This document shows, one piece after another, positions 24,009 to 34,400 of a DNA stretch of 34,733 nucleotides (the first letter of the stretch is position 1; each line of letters starts with the position of its first letter). The stretch lies in the IMG/VR virus record IMGVR_UViG_3300010362_000060, positions 1 through 34,733 of that record. The stretch is one strand, 5' to 3'. The notes below the pieces were generated by a model that was not told the origin of the DNA, did no database searches, and saw only the letters and a list, made by a program, of their open reading frames with translations. This DNA is from a virus (taxonomy: Duplodnaviria > Caudoviricetes). The translations under genes and the position numbers were made by a program.

Positions 24009-25904
24009 ATGGCGTACGAACTCCCCGAGGATCTGGGTGCGCAGTCGCCCGACCAGCTCCAGGCGTTGATCGACCAGGGCCTCGACGCCCTGCGCGCCCT
24101 GGGCGTGACGGAGGACTCCGACGACGAAACCCTCACCGCCGGTGAGCGCATCGTCGGCTTGATCAACGAGGTCCAGGCCGCGCTCACCGACAAGCAGACC
24201 CGGGCCACCCGGGCCCAAGGCGTGAAGCTGTTCCTCGACACCCCTCCGCCGCCCGCCGTCAGCACCGACGAGCCGCCCGCCGAAGAAGGCGGCGACGAAC
24301 CCGAAGCTCCGGCTGAGACCCCGGCCGAGGAGCCCGGCAGCGAAGGCGGCGACGCCGAGACGATCACCCCTGACGAGGTGATCCAGCCGGTCGCTGCCTC
24401 GACCTCTCCGGCGCGACGCGCCGCCGCCAACGCCGCCAAGCCGATCGTGCCCCGACATCGTCCACCGGCCGCCAGCCTGACCGCCGCCGCCGACGTGCCC
24501 GGTCTGCCCACCGGGGCCACGCTCGACGGGCTCGACGCGGTGGGCGACGCCGTGATCCGCCGGATGCGCTCGCTGCCCACGACCCGCGTCGGCGGCACCG
24601 ACGGCGTGCGGATGCAGTACGGCGCGGCGATCATCCGCAAGAACGGCTACGACGGCCTGACCCAGGACAACAACGACTTCGACGACCACAGCCTGGTGTG
24701 GGCGACGGGCAACGAGTCCCGCCTGCCGGGGGGCTCGCTGGTCGCCGCGGGAGGCTGGTGCGCCCCGTCCGAGACGCTCTACGACCTGTGCCAGTTCGAG
24801 TCGGTGGAGGGGCTGTTGAGCATCCCCGAGTTCCAGGTCACCCGGGGCGGCATCCGCTGGACCCAGGGCCCGGACTTCTCCGACATCTACGAGGCGTGCG
24901 GCTTCTTCATCACCAACGCCCAGGCCGAAGCCGGGGGGCCGTTCGACAAGACCTGCTGCATGGTCGAGTGCCCGCCGTTCGACGAGATCCGCCTGGAGGC
25001 CATCGGCTTGTGCGTGAAGACGCCGCTGTTGACCAACGCCACCTACCCGGAGCTGGTGCGGCGGTTCATGGAGGGCGCGCTGGTCGCCCACCAGCACAAG
25101 GTCAACAAGTACCTGCTCGACCAGATCAAGGCCGCCGCCGGGACGCCGTTCATCCCCGCCGACACCGGCAGCGTGATCCGCACCCTGGAAGCGATCCAGT
25201 ACACCGCGATCGGGATGCGCTACCGCCACCGCCTGGGCCAGTCGACCACGATCGAAGTGGTCATGCCGCTGTGGTTCCGGGGCATGCTCATCGCCGACCT
25301 GACGCTGCGCCAGATGCCGCCCGCCTCGGCCGACGCCTTCCTCAACGCCTGGTTCGCCGACCGGATGCTGGCCCCGCAGTGGGTGTTCGACCTGGACGAC
25401 CCGACCGTCAACGGCTGCGACGTCGACTTCCCCGAATGCGCCACCGCCCTGCTGTACCCGGCGGGCACGTGGAGCCGGGGTTCGCTCGACGTGATCAACA
25501 TCGACGCCGTATACGACTCGACGGGCCTGGCCGACAACGTGTTCACGGCGCTGTTCATGGAAGAGGGCATCCTCGCCGTGCAGCGCTGCACCCACACCTG
25601 CGCCGTGTGCATCCCGGTCTGCGTCAGCGGCCGCACCGCGGCCAACGACATCTCCGAGTGCCTCGTCGTCAACGCCGGGTCCGGCGGGGGCGGCGGTGGT
25701 GGCGGGGCCACCGGGGCCACCGCGGGCACGCCGGGCACGTGGACGCCTTCGGGTTCGGCACCGTCGGCCAGTGCCGCCGACGCCAACGGCGACGGCATCG
25801 TCGCCAGCCCGGCCACGGCCTGGACCACCGGCCAGTACGTCGTGTCCGGCGGCGGCGACATCCACTGGAACGGCACCTCGTGGGTCGCCGGACGGGCCCC
25901 GTGA
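24009..25904 (+). CDS. Major capsid protein (hexamer type) with N-terminal scaffold-like region
   Basis: SD GGAGG; acidic/coiled N-terminus; SLVAAGGWCAPSETLYD motif; synteny. Confidence 0.85.
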   Translation: MAYELPEDLGAQSPDQLQALIDQGLDALRALGVTEDSDDETLTAGERIVGLINEVQAALTDKQTRATRAQGVKLFLDTPPPPAVSTDEPPAEEGGDEPEAPAETPAEEPGSEGGDAETITPDEVIQPVAASTSPARRAAANAAKPIVPRHRPPAASLTAAADVPGLPTGATLDGLDAVGDAVIRRMRSLPTTRVGGTDGVRMQYGAAIIRKNGYDGLTQDNNDFDDHSLVWATGNESRLPGGSLVAAGGWCAPSETLYDLCQFESVEGLLSIPEFQVTRGGIRWTQGPDFSDIYEACGFFITNAQAEAGGPFDKTCCMVECPPFDEIRLEAIGLCVKTPLLTNATYPELVRRFMEGALVAHQHKVNKYLLDQIKAAAGTPFIPADTGSVIRTLEAIQYTAIGMRYRHRLGQSTTIEVVMPLWFRGMLIADLTLRQMPPASADAFLNAWFADRMLAPQWVFDLDDPTVNGCDVDFPECATALLYPAGTWSRGSLDVINIDAVYDSTGLADNVFTALFMEEGILAVQRCTHTCAVCIPVCVSGRTAANDISECLVVNAGSGGGGGGGGATGATAGTPGTWTPSGSAPSASAADANGDGIVASPATAWTTGQYVVSGGGDIHWNGTSWVAGRAP

Positions 25905-25918
25905 TCGGATCCTGACCG

Positions 25919-26710
25919 ATGGTCACCACGCTCCCGCTCAACTACGTCGAGGTCCCTGCCCCCGCGGTCGCGGTGGGCGGGGTACTCGCCGCGGCGCGCG
26001 TGGTCCCGGCGGCTTCCACCCACGACCTGGGCGGGGCGCAGTACCTCACCGACGCCTGCGCCGAAGGCAACGTCTGGCTGGAGTTCTGCTTCGACGCCGC
26101 GTCCAACGCGACGAAGGAGTTCGCCGACGCCCCCGAAGTGGTCGAAGGTGCCCCGTTCGCGGTGTACGCCGGGGTCGGCTGCGACCTGGCCCGGCCGCAG
26201 GATTCGGCCACCCGGGCCCGCAATCGGCTCGACTACACCGAGCGGCACCAGATCGACCTGCACGTCGTCGACTGGCTCGGCACCAACTCGGCCGACCTGG
26301 GCGGGCCGCTCCCGATCGCCCGGGCGATCGGCATCTTGGAGAACTACATCGCCGCGGCCTACGGCGGGGTGCCGGTGCTGTACATCCCGCGGGTGTTGAT
26401 CCCCGAAGCGGCCCAGCAGGGCCTGGTCACCCCGAGCCTCAACGGGGGGCTGGTCACCGCCCAGGGCTCGGTCGTCGCCAACGTCGACGTCGACCCGACG
26501 ACGACCACCTTCTCGATCTTCGCCAGCGGTCAGATCACCCTCATCCGGGGACCGCTGATCGAAGCGCTCGCCCCCGCCGGGGGCATCCAGGCCGACGGCA
26601 CCGCCGCCAACCCCAGCCGGGCCTTGGCCGAACGGATCTACGTGCCCCTGATCGAGTGCGTGGCGGCCCGGCTGACCGTGTGCGACGCGGACTGCGGGAC
26701 CACGCCGTGA
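25919..26710 (+). CDS. Second capsid protein (probable pentamer protein)
   Basis: Follows the major capsid gene; PFAVYAG..C and ALAERIYV motifs; analogy to cluster-B-like actinophage layout. Confidence 0.65.
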   Translation: MVTTLPLNYVEVPAPAVAVGGVLAAARVVPAASTHDLGGAQYLTDACAEGNVWLEFCFDAASNATKEFADAPEVVEGAPFAVYAGVGCDLARPQDSATRARNRLDYTERHQIDLHVVDWLGTNSADLGGPLPIARAIGILENYIAAAYGGVPVLYIPRVLIPEAAQQGLVTPSLNGGLVTAQGSVVANVDVDPTTTTFSIFASGQITLIRGPLIEALAPAGGIQADGTAANPSRALAERIYVPLIECVAARLTVCDADCGTTP

Positions 26711-26741
26711 CCACCAACCCATCCACCGCGTAGGGGGTCTG

Positions 26742-27671
26742 ATGCCCACTTCTTTCCCCCTGGTCCGGGGCCGGACGATGCGCGTGACCAAGGTCGACGG
26801 GTGCTGCTCGCCGCTGTACGGGCCGGACAACATGGTCGTCACCGACGGCTTCGTCTCGGTCGCCCTCACCGCCAACGTCACCGCGCCCGAGGAGATCGTC
26901 GTCCAGAACGCCAACGGCCAGACCTGCGTGCGCGATCCGGGGTGTCCGGAGTTCAACGGCTACGGCGTCGAGATCACCTTCTGCGACGTCACCCCCTGCC
27001 TGTTCTCGCTACTCACCGGCCAACCGGCCGTGCTCAACCACGCCGGAGACGTGGTCGGCTTCCGGATGAACTCCGACACCAACGTCTGCGGCATGGAGTC
27101 GCGCGGCTTCGCCCTCGAAGTGTGGATGGGCGTGCCCGGGGTGGCCTGCCTCGGTGAGGAGGGGGCCTTCGGCTACCTCCTGCTGCCCTGCCTCCAGGCG
27201 GGGGTGGTGGGCGACTTCACGATCGAGAACGCGGCGATCACGTTCACCGTCACCGGGGCCAGCACGAAGGACGGCAACGGCTGGGGCGTGGGGCCGTATA
27301 CGGACGTCGTCACCGACGACACCGGAGCTCCGGCTGCCCTGCCCGACCCGCTCGACGCCAACGACCACCTCTACGTCGCCTTCACCACCCAGCAACCGCC
27401 GCCGCCGACCGACGGCTGCGCCGAGCTGGTGGCCCCGACCAACGCCGCCACGGGTGCGACCGAAGTCGTCGGTGCCGCAGGCACGTGGACCCCGGCCGGG
27501 TCGGTGCCGCCGAACACGGTGTCGGCGCTCATCGCCGGGTCGCCGGTCACTGTTGTCGCCTCCCCGACCACGGCGTGGAGCACGGGCAGCTTCGTCCAGA
27601 CCGGGACCGCCGGGACCGCCGGGCAGGCCCACTGGAACGGGACCGCCTGGGTCGCCGGAGTGGCACCCTAA
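26742..27671 (+). CDS. Major tail protein
   Basis: VRGRTMRVTKVDGC..GFVSVAL..FALEVW..GYLLLP..GDFTIENAAITF; synteny. Confidence 0.8.
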   Translation: MPTSFPLVRGRTMRVTKVDGCCSPLYGPDNMVVTDGFVSVALTANVTAPEEIVVQNANGQTCVRDPGCPEFNGYGVEITFCDVTPCLFSLLTGQPAVLNHAGDVVGFRMNSDTNVCGMESRGFALEVWMGVPGVACLGEEGAFGYLLLPCLQAGVVGDFTIENAAITFTVTGASTKDGNGWGVGPYTDVVTDDTGAPAALPDPLDANDHLYVAFTTQQPPPPTDGCAELVAPTNAATGATEVVGAAGTWTPAGSVPPNTVSALIAGSPVTVVASPTTAWSTGSFVQTGTAGTAGQAHWNGTAWVAGVAP

Positions 27672-27689
27672 GCCGTCTAGCCTCCTGCC

Positions 27690-28781
27690 GTGGCCGAGAC
27701 GGGTTGCGTCGACTGCGCCACGTGCGTGCCGTGGCGGGCCGACATGGCCTGCTGCGACAGCTGGGACGAGCTCGACCCGGACCTGCGCGTGCGCGCCCTG
27801 GACCTTGCCTGGTCGACGTTGCGCACGCTCAGCGGCGGCCAAGTGGGCAACTGCGCGGTGGTCATGCGGCCGTGCCTGGGCCCGCCGTGCGACTGGTGCC
27901 TGACCAACTGGTGGCAGCCCACGATCGTCAACGGGCAGTGGGTCAACCAGCCCTGCGGCAAGCCGCCGTGCTGGTGCGAGCGGCTGTGCGAGATCGTGTT
28001 CCCCGGCCCGGTGGCGACGATCGACACCGTCACCGTGGACGGCGCGGTGCTCCCGGGTGACGCCTACCGGCTGGACAACGGGCACCGCCTCACCCGTGTC
28101 GACGGCGAGTGCTGGCCGTCGTGCCAGCACGTCGATCTGCCCCCCACCGAGGTCGGCACGATGGTGATCACCTACGTGCCCGGACTCGTCCCCGGCCCGG
28201 CCGGTCTGTGGGCGGCGGGGGTGCTCGCCTGCGAGTTCGCCAAGGCGTGCACCGGAGCCAAGTGCCGTCTGCCGTCGTCGATCACGTCGATCGCCCGCCA
28301 AGGGGTGGCCTACGAGTTCTCCGACGGCATGTTCCCCAACAACCAGACCGGCATCCGCGAGGTCGACGCCTACGTCCACTCGATCAACCCCCGCGGCCAC
28401 TCGCGTCCGTCGCTGGTGTGGTCGCCGGACGTGTCGTGGGCCCGCCACCGCTACCAGCCCGCCCCCGCCCCGGCCCAGTCGATCGACCTGGCGTGGAGTC
28501 AAGGGCAGGCGCTGGTTCGCACGATCGTGCTCAGCGCGGTGGTGTCGCGGGGCTGGGAGGGCGACTACACCGCCCCGATCAAGGATCGCAGCGGGATCCT
28601 GTACGGCGAGTTCGACGTCACCGAACAAGTCGTCGGGGACGACATTCGCCTCACCCTGACCCTGTCGTCGGCCACGTCGGCGGGGATTCCGGCGGGCAGC
28701 TACACCTTCGATCTGATCCAGGACGGGACCACGGTCCGCGTGCGCGGCACGGCCACGGTAGGAGCGCTGGTGACGGTATGA
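27690..28781 (+). CDS. Head-to-tail adaptor with extra C-terminal beta domain
   Basis: [33 protein letters not shown] motif; synteny. Confidence 0.72.
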   Translation: MAETGCVDCATCVPWRADMACCDSWDELDPDLRVRALDLAWSTLRTLSGGQVGNCAVVMRPCLGPPCDWCLTNWWQPTIVNGQWVNQPCGKPPCWCERLCEIVFPGPVATIDTVTVDGAVLPGDAYRLDNGHRLTRVDGECWPSCQHVDLPPTEVGTMVITYVPGLVPGPAGLWAAGVLACEFAKACTGAKCRLPSSITSIARQGVAYEFSDGMFPNNQTGIREVDAYVHSINPRGHSRPSLVWSPDVSWARHRYQPAPAPAQSIDLAWSQGQALVRTIVLSAVVSRGWEGDYTAPIKDRSGILYGEFDVTEQVVGDDIRLTLTLSSATSAGIPAGSYTFDLIQDGTTVRVRGTATVGALVTV

Positions 28782-29881
28782 GCGACACGATCTGCGTCAC
28801 GGTCACCGACGACAGCGGCCCGCAGGGCCCACCCGGCCCACCCGGCCCGGCCGGTCCCGAAGGCCCTGTGGGCGACACCGGCCCCGAGGGTCCCCAGGGC
28901 ATCCAAGGTGAGCCTGGCCCCACCGGCCCCACCGGGTCCACCGGGCCGCAAGGACCGCAAGGCCCGCAAGGCGAGCCGGGATCCAGCGTCACGATCATCG
29001 GCGAGCTGCCCGACGTCGGCTCGCTCCCCCCGTGCACCAACGCCGGTGACGGCTACCTGATCAACGGCGACCTGTGGGTCTGCGACGGCACCAACTGGGA
29101 GAACGTCGGCCCGATCCAAGGCCCTCCCGGCCCCCAGGGCCCACCTGGCCCGGCTGGCCCAACTGGGTTGACCGGAGCCACCGGCCCGGCCGGGGCTCAG
29201 GGCCCCCAAGGCATTCAGGGACCGCCGGGGCCTGCGGGCACGACCACGTGGGATCCCGGGATGATCGTCATGTTCGGGGCTGCCTCCCCGCCCGTGGGCT
29301 GGCTGCTGTGCGACGGCTCCGCGGTCAGCCGCACGCAGTACCCCGCACTGTTCACCGCCATCGGCACGACGTGGGGCCCCGGCGACGGGACGACCACGTT
29401 CAACCTGCCCGACTTCTTCAACTTCTTCCCCTACGGCAGCCTGACCCCGAACCAGACCGGCGGTTCGGCCGACGCGGTGCTCCCCGCCCACACCCACACG
29501 ATGGCCCACACCCATGCCGAGACCGCCCACACCCACACGATCAACCACGGCCACAGCGCCTCGTCGGCCAACGAGCCCGGCCACACCCACGCCGTGTTCC
29601 GTTTCCGTCAGCCGACCGGAGCCAGCGGACCCGCCGAGGAGAATGGCGTTTGCGGGGCGATGCAGGGCTCCGGCGTGCTCACCAACGCCCAGACCGGCAT
29701 CCAGGGTGCCCACAGCCACGCCATCACGGTGAACAATTTCAACGGCCAGTCGGGTTCGGCGGGCGGCGGCACCACTGGCCCGTCGTCGACCGCCAACACC
29801 GGCCAGGCCGGACAGACCGCGACCAACGCCAACCTGCCGCCCTACCGCACGGTCCCGTTCATCATCCGGGCCGATCCGTGA
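28778..29881 (+). CDS. Collagen-like fibre protein with tail-collar domain
   Basis: Two Gly-X-Y tracts; collar motif [39 protein letters not shown]; HxH repeats; NLPPY..FIIR end. Confidence 0.88.
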   Translation: MSDTICVTVTDDSGPQGPPGPPGPAGPEGPVGDTGPEGPQGIQGEPGPTGPTGSTGPQGPQGPQGEPGSSVTIIGELPDVGSLPPCTNAGDGYLINGDLWVCDGTNWENVGPIQGPPGPQGPPGPAGPTGLTGATGPAGAQGPQGIQGPPGPAGTTTWDPGMIVMFGAASPPVGWLLCDGSAVSRTQYPALFTAIGTTWGPGDGTTTFNLPDFFNFFPYGSLTPNQTGGSADAVLPAHTHTMAHTHAETAHTHTINHGHSASSANEPGHTHAVFRFRQPTGASGPAEENGVCGAMQGSGVLTNAQTGIQGAHSHAITVNNFNGQSGSAGGGTTGPSSTANTGQAGQTATNANLPPYRTVPFIIRADP

Positions 29882-30375
29882 CGATCGCCGCCCCCCGCCA
29901 GCTGACCCTGGCCGAACGGCTGCTCGCCCTGGCCGACTGCGTCTGCGAACAGCTCGCCATCACCGGGGCCGGGCCGACGTGTTGGTGCGGGCTGTTCCCC
30001 GGGCTCGAGGTCTCGTGGGACTTCTGCACCGACTGCGCCAACGACGTCTGCGGCATGGGCTGGGTGCGGGTCAACGGGGCCAACCCGTACGACGTGTTCC
30101 CGACCGCCACCGTCGACCTGCACTGCGCGATGCCGCTGGCCGTCGAACTGGAGGTCGGGGCGATCCGCTGCATGCCGCTCACCACCGACGGCGCGCTGCC
30201 CACCCCGGAGCAACTGGGCGACGTGACGCTGCACCAGCTGATGGACGCGCTGGCGCTGCGCACGGCGATCCAATGCTGCGGCGTGGCCGACATCGCCTTG
30301 GGCCTGTACACCCCGACCGGCCCCGAAGGCGGATGCGTGGGCGGGTTCTGGAGCGCGTTCCTGGCGGTCGACTGA
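29878..30375 (+). CDS. Probable tail terminator / completion protein
   Basis: Cys-rich, ends [11 protein letters not shown]; synteny. Confidence 0.6.
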   Translation: MTIAAPRQLTLAERLLALADCVCEQLAITGAGPTCWCGLFPGLEVSWDFCTDCANDVCGMGWVRVNGANPYDVFPTATVDLHCAMPLAVELEVGAIRCMPLTTDGALPTPEQLGDVTLHQLMDALALRTAIQCCGVADIALGLYTPTGPEGGCVGGFWSAFLAVD

Positions 30376-30812
30376 TGGCGTCGGCGTCGGTCAACATCGA
30401 CAGCACGGCGATCATCGCCGAGCTCAACACGCCGGGTGGGGCGGTGTTCGTCTGGCGTGACGAGGCCGCCCAGGCGATCGTCGAGAAGGCCGAGGCGACC
30501 AGCCCGGTGAACAAGAAGGGCAACGCCACCCACCGCGGCGGGCTCACCGGCACGTACAAGCGGGGTTGGCAGTGGGACGGTCGCGGCTCCAACGGCAACA
30601 CCGTGCGGGCGACGATCTGGAACACCGCGCCCCACGCCCCGATCGTCGAGTTCGGCCGTGGACCGGCCAACTTCACCCGCCAGACGTTCGCCTGGACCAA
30701 GTGGCGCGGCATCCGTACGACCTACTTCACCCGGGCGCGGCGGGGCAAGCACATCCTCCAGAAGGCGGTCAACGCGGTGGGCTCCGCCACCGGCGACTGG
30801 AGCCCGTTGTAG
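30375..30812 (+). CDS. HK97 gp10-like neck protein
   Basis: SPV..TGTYKRGW..NTAPHAPIVEFG..HILQKAV pattern. Confidence 0.7.
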   Translation: MASASVNIDSTAIIAELNTPGGAVFVWRDEAAQAIVEKAEATSPVNKKGNATHRGGLTGTYKRGWQWDGRGSNGNTVRATIWNTAPHAPIVEFGRGPANFTRQTFAWTKWRGIRTTYFTRARRGKHILQKAVNAVGSATGDWSPL

Positions 30813-30823
30813 GCTCGCCCGCC

Positions 30824-31243
30824 GTGAAGCAGTTCACCACCGCCGCTCGGCGGGGGACCTCGGCGCTGCCCGACGCCACACCCGTCGAGTTCGAATACGA
30901 GGTGCGTGACGGTGAGTTCGTCACCATGCACGCCCACCCTCCCACCACCGGCCAGCTGGCCCTGTTCGTGTCGGACCAGGCCACCAAAGGCGGCATGGGG
31001 TCGATCACGGCGATGCTGGAGCTGTTCATGGTGGTGCTCGACGAGAAGGACTACGAGATCATCAAGGACCAGCTCCACGACGGGCTCGACCTGGAGGTCA
31101 TCACCGAGATCTTCTCCTGGCTGATGGAGGAGTGGGGTCTGCGCCCTACCCGGCCGTCCTCCGGCTTGTCTCCATCGCGGCGTACCAATGGTCAGCGATC
31201 GACGGCGAGGCGGCGAGCCGCGGTCTCGACTATTTCGACCTGA
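30824..31243 (+). CDS. Tail assembly chaperone (G)
   Basis: Position before the tape measure gene; overlapped by a -1 frame ORF. Confidence 0.75.
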   Translation: MKQFTTAARRGTSALPDATPVEFEYEVRDGEFVTMHAHPPTTGQLALFVSDQATKGGMGSITAMLELFMVVLDEKDYEIIKDQLHDGLDLEVITEIFSWLMEEWGLRPTRPSSGLSPSRRTNGQRSTARRRAAVSTIST

Positions 31244-31464
31244 CGTTCGACCGCTTCCTCAACGTCATCTACTGGTGGGCGGTGCGTCGGGTGCAGGACC
31301 CGAACCGCTTCGCCGAGGAGTTGGAGCGGCCGCTGGACGGTCACCGCCACGTCACCGAAGCGGAGATCGAGCGCGACGGCGCGGCGTTCGTCGCCTTCGC
31401 CGCGGCGATGGGTGTCCGCCCTCCGGCCGCTGACGCTCTACCATCTTCGCCCAGCACGTCGTAA
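31132..31464 (+). CDS. Tail assembly chaperone frameshift extension (GT)
   Basis: -1 frame ORF overlapping G by ~110 nt; LTFDRFLNVIYWW. Confidence 0.7.
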   Translation: MGSAPYPAVLRLVSIAAYQWSAIDGEAASRGLDYFDLTFDRFLNVIYWWAVRRVQDPNRFAEELERPLDGHRHVTEAEIERDGAAFVAFAAAMGVRPPAADALPSSPSTS

Positions 31465-31482
31465 GCCCGCGGAGGTTGCTGG

Positions 31483-34400
31483 ATGGCTGGGCGGTCGATC
31501 GGACGCGTCGAAGTCTCCGTCGACGCCGACACCGGCAAACTGAAAGCACAGATCGTCAAGGCCTCGGAGGAAGCAGGCGAGGCCGGTGGCGAAGCGATCG
31601 AAGAAGGCCTGGCCGACGTCAACGGTCGCGAGGTCGTCAACAAGATCAAGAAGATCCGCGCCGAGATCCAACAGGAGCTGCGCGGCCTCGACGTGGACGT
31701 CGGCGTGGACGACGCCAACGCCCGCGCCGACCTGCGCCGGTTGCAGGCGCAACTGCGGGCCCTCCAACTGTCGCTGGACGTGGTGCCGGGCGTCGACCAG
31801 ACCAAGGTGCTGGAGGAGATCGTCCAGCTGCGCGAACGGATCGCCAAGCTGCTCAAGGTCTCGACCAAGGTCGAACTGGACCAGCGCACCGTCACCGAGG
31901 TCAACGCCGCCGTCCAAGCGCTGATCGACGAGCACGTCACCGTCCACGTCGAACCGGAGGTCGACGACGCCCAGGCGGCGGCGGCGATGGCCCGGCTGCG
32001 CGCCCAGGCCGAAACCGCCGGGTCGAGCAGCGGTGGCGGATTCATGCAGGCGTTCTCGGGGGCGTTGTTCGACCAGGAGAAGCTGGCCGCGGCGGCGATC
32101 GGCCTGTTGGGCAACGACATCGCGATCCTGTTGCAGGGGGCGGTGGCGGCGTCGGTGGCGGTCGTGTCGAGCGCCTTCGGCGCGCTCACCGCGGCGATCG
32201 GCGCGGCGTTGCCGCTCATCGCCTCGCTCATCCCGGCGCTGGGGGCAGTGGTCGTCGGGTTCCAGGGCATGGGCGACGCGCTGGGCGCGGTGACCAAGGG
32301 CTTCAAGGAGGCCACCGCCGCCGGTCAGGCGTTCGACATCACGTCGATCAGCGATCAGTTGCAGGGCCTGGCCCCGGCGGCGCGGGCGTTCGTCGAGGAG
32401 TTCGCCCGCATCTTCCCGCAGCTCCAGGCGATTCAACAGCAGGTCCAAGGGGCGCTGTTCGCCAACTTGGACGCTGCGCTGGGCGAGTTGGCGACGACGA
32501 CGATCCCGTCGATCGGCCAGGCGCTCACCGTCGCCGCCGAGTCGATCAACACATTCTTCCTCAAGATCGCCCAGGCCTCCGAGGGCATCGACTTCGGCGG
32601 GTTGATCGAGGACCTGCAACCGGCCATCGACGCCGTGGGCGACGCGCTGGTGTCGCTGTTCCAGTCGTTCGCCCCGTTCATCGAAGCGGCCACGCCCGCC
32701 GCCCAGCGGCTGGCCGAGAGCTTCCGCGCCGCCGCCGACGGGCTGCGCGAGATGATCGAATCCGGGTTGCAGTCGGGGGCGATCAACGACTTCTTGCAGC
32801 GCGGCCTGGACAGCTTGAAGCAGTGGGCGGCGCTGGCCAAAGCCACCGCCGACGCCCTGTTCACGCTGTTCTCCGCCGGGCAGGCCCAGGGCGACAGCTT
32901 CGTCAAGAGTCTCACCAACATCATCTCGAAGTTCGACGCCTGGATGGAGTCGGCCACAGGACAGACCGCGCTCCAGGACTTCTTCCGCCAGGGGGCGGAC
33001 ACGCTGAAGGCCCTGCTGCCGATCCTCCAAGGCGCGCAGGGGCTGTTCGACAACCTGGTCACCGAAGACTCGATCGCCCGCTTCACCCTCCTGGCCGATT
33101 CGCTCGGGCGGGTTCTGCCGTTCCTCGGTCAACTGCTCGACATCACCGGGCGAGTCGGGATCGTCTCCACGTTCGTCGAACTGCTGGCCCGCATCGGTGA
33201 GGCGCTGCAACCGGCGATCCCGGCGTTGCAAGACCTGGCTGACGCGATCGGGTTCGCCCTGATCACCGCGCTCGACGCGATCACCCCACTGCTGGACGGC
33301 CTGGGTCCGATCATCGGCAACCTGGCCACGTCGATCAAGCCGCTGCTCCCCGTCATCGCCGACCTTGAAACCCGGTTGATCAAGATGATCACGCCCGCCC
33401 TGATCGACGCGCTGATCGCCTTCGCCGACGCCTTCGGCGCGCTGGTCCCTATCGCCATCGAACTGCTCGCCGACTTCCAGCCGGTGATCGACGTCTTCGG
33501 CGAGCAGTTGGCCGCGGCGCTCGAAGCGGTGACCCCGCTGCTGCAACTGCTGGCCGACATCTTGGAGGCGCTGCTGCCGGTGGTCGAAGCGTTGGAGACG
33601 CCGCTGCGCGTGCTGGCCGACGCGGTCGGCCTGGTCACTCTGCCCATGACAGCGCTCGGCAAGGGCATCGAATTCGCCGGTTCCAAGCTCCACGACGTCT
33701 TCACCCCCGAGCTCGACGCCTCGACCGACGCCAGCCTGGCCCTCAACCGCCGCATCCGCGAGCTGGGCAACGAGGAGGGGCGCTTCCGCAACCAGGTCGA
33801 CGCGATGGCGGGAGCTCAGAAGCAGCAGGCGGCCCAAACCGAAGCGGCGACCGAAGCCTGGGTGGCATATGCGAAAGGGATCATCGCCGCCGCGAAGGCG
33901 CAGGAGGCCGCTAACGTCGCCGCCGAACGCAACCGGGTGCACATCGAGGCGCTGCGCGATCGCCTGGAAGAACTCAACACCGCGGGCAGCGACGTCATCG
34001 ACCCGCTGGAGCGGGCCGGGTTCGCCTTCGATGCCGCCGCGGGCGCGGCCAAGCGCGCCGCCGACGACGCCGAACGGCTCCAGCAGGTGTTCGAAGACTT
34101 CATCGACCCGGCGCTCAACGCTCAGGAAGCGGCCCGCAACATGGCCCAGGAGTTCGCCGACTTCGGCGAGACGATCAAGGGCCTGATCGAGGAGAACGCC
34201 CTCGCCGACATCGTCACCCAGACCGACGAGGCGACCGCCGCGATCAACTTGAACACCCAGGCCGGGCGCGATTTCGCCCAGGGCCTGGAAGACCGGATCA
34301 AGGTGATCGAGGACTCGACCACGGCGACGATCGGGATGGTCGACGCCCAGACCGGGCTGGCCAAGTCGGGCGGGCAGGCGGCGCGCGAGATGGTGCTGTT

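Noticed and set aside
31476-33200. 574-aa plus-strand ORF in the ORF track
   Set aside because: It is an Arg-rich off-frame reading. The tape measure frame starts at 31483 and is missing from the track, presumably because it has no stop in the window
17263-33942. Long minus-strand ORFs (17263-19704, 19837-21816, 21449-23641, 23784-25865, 31438-33942)
   Set aside because: These are shadow frames of high-GC plus-strand structural genes, with no recognisable motifs
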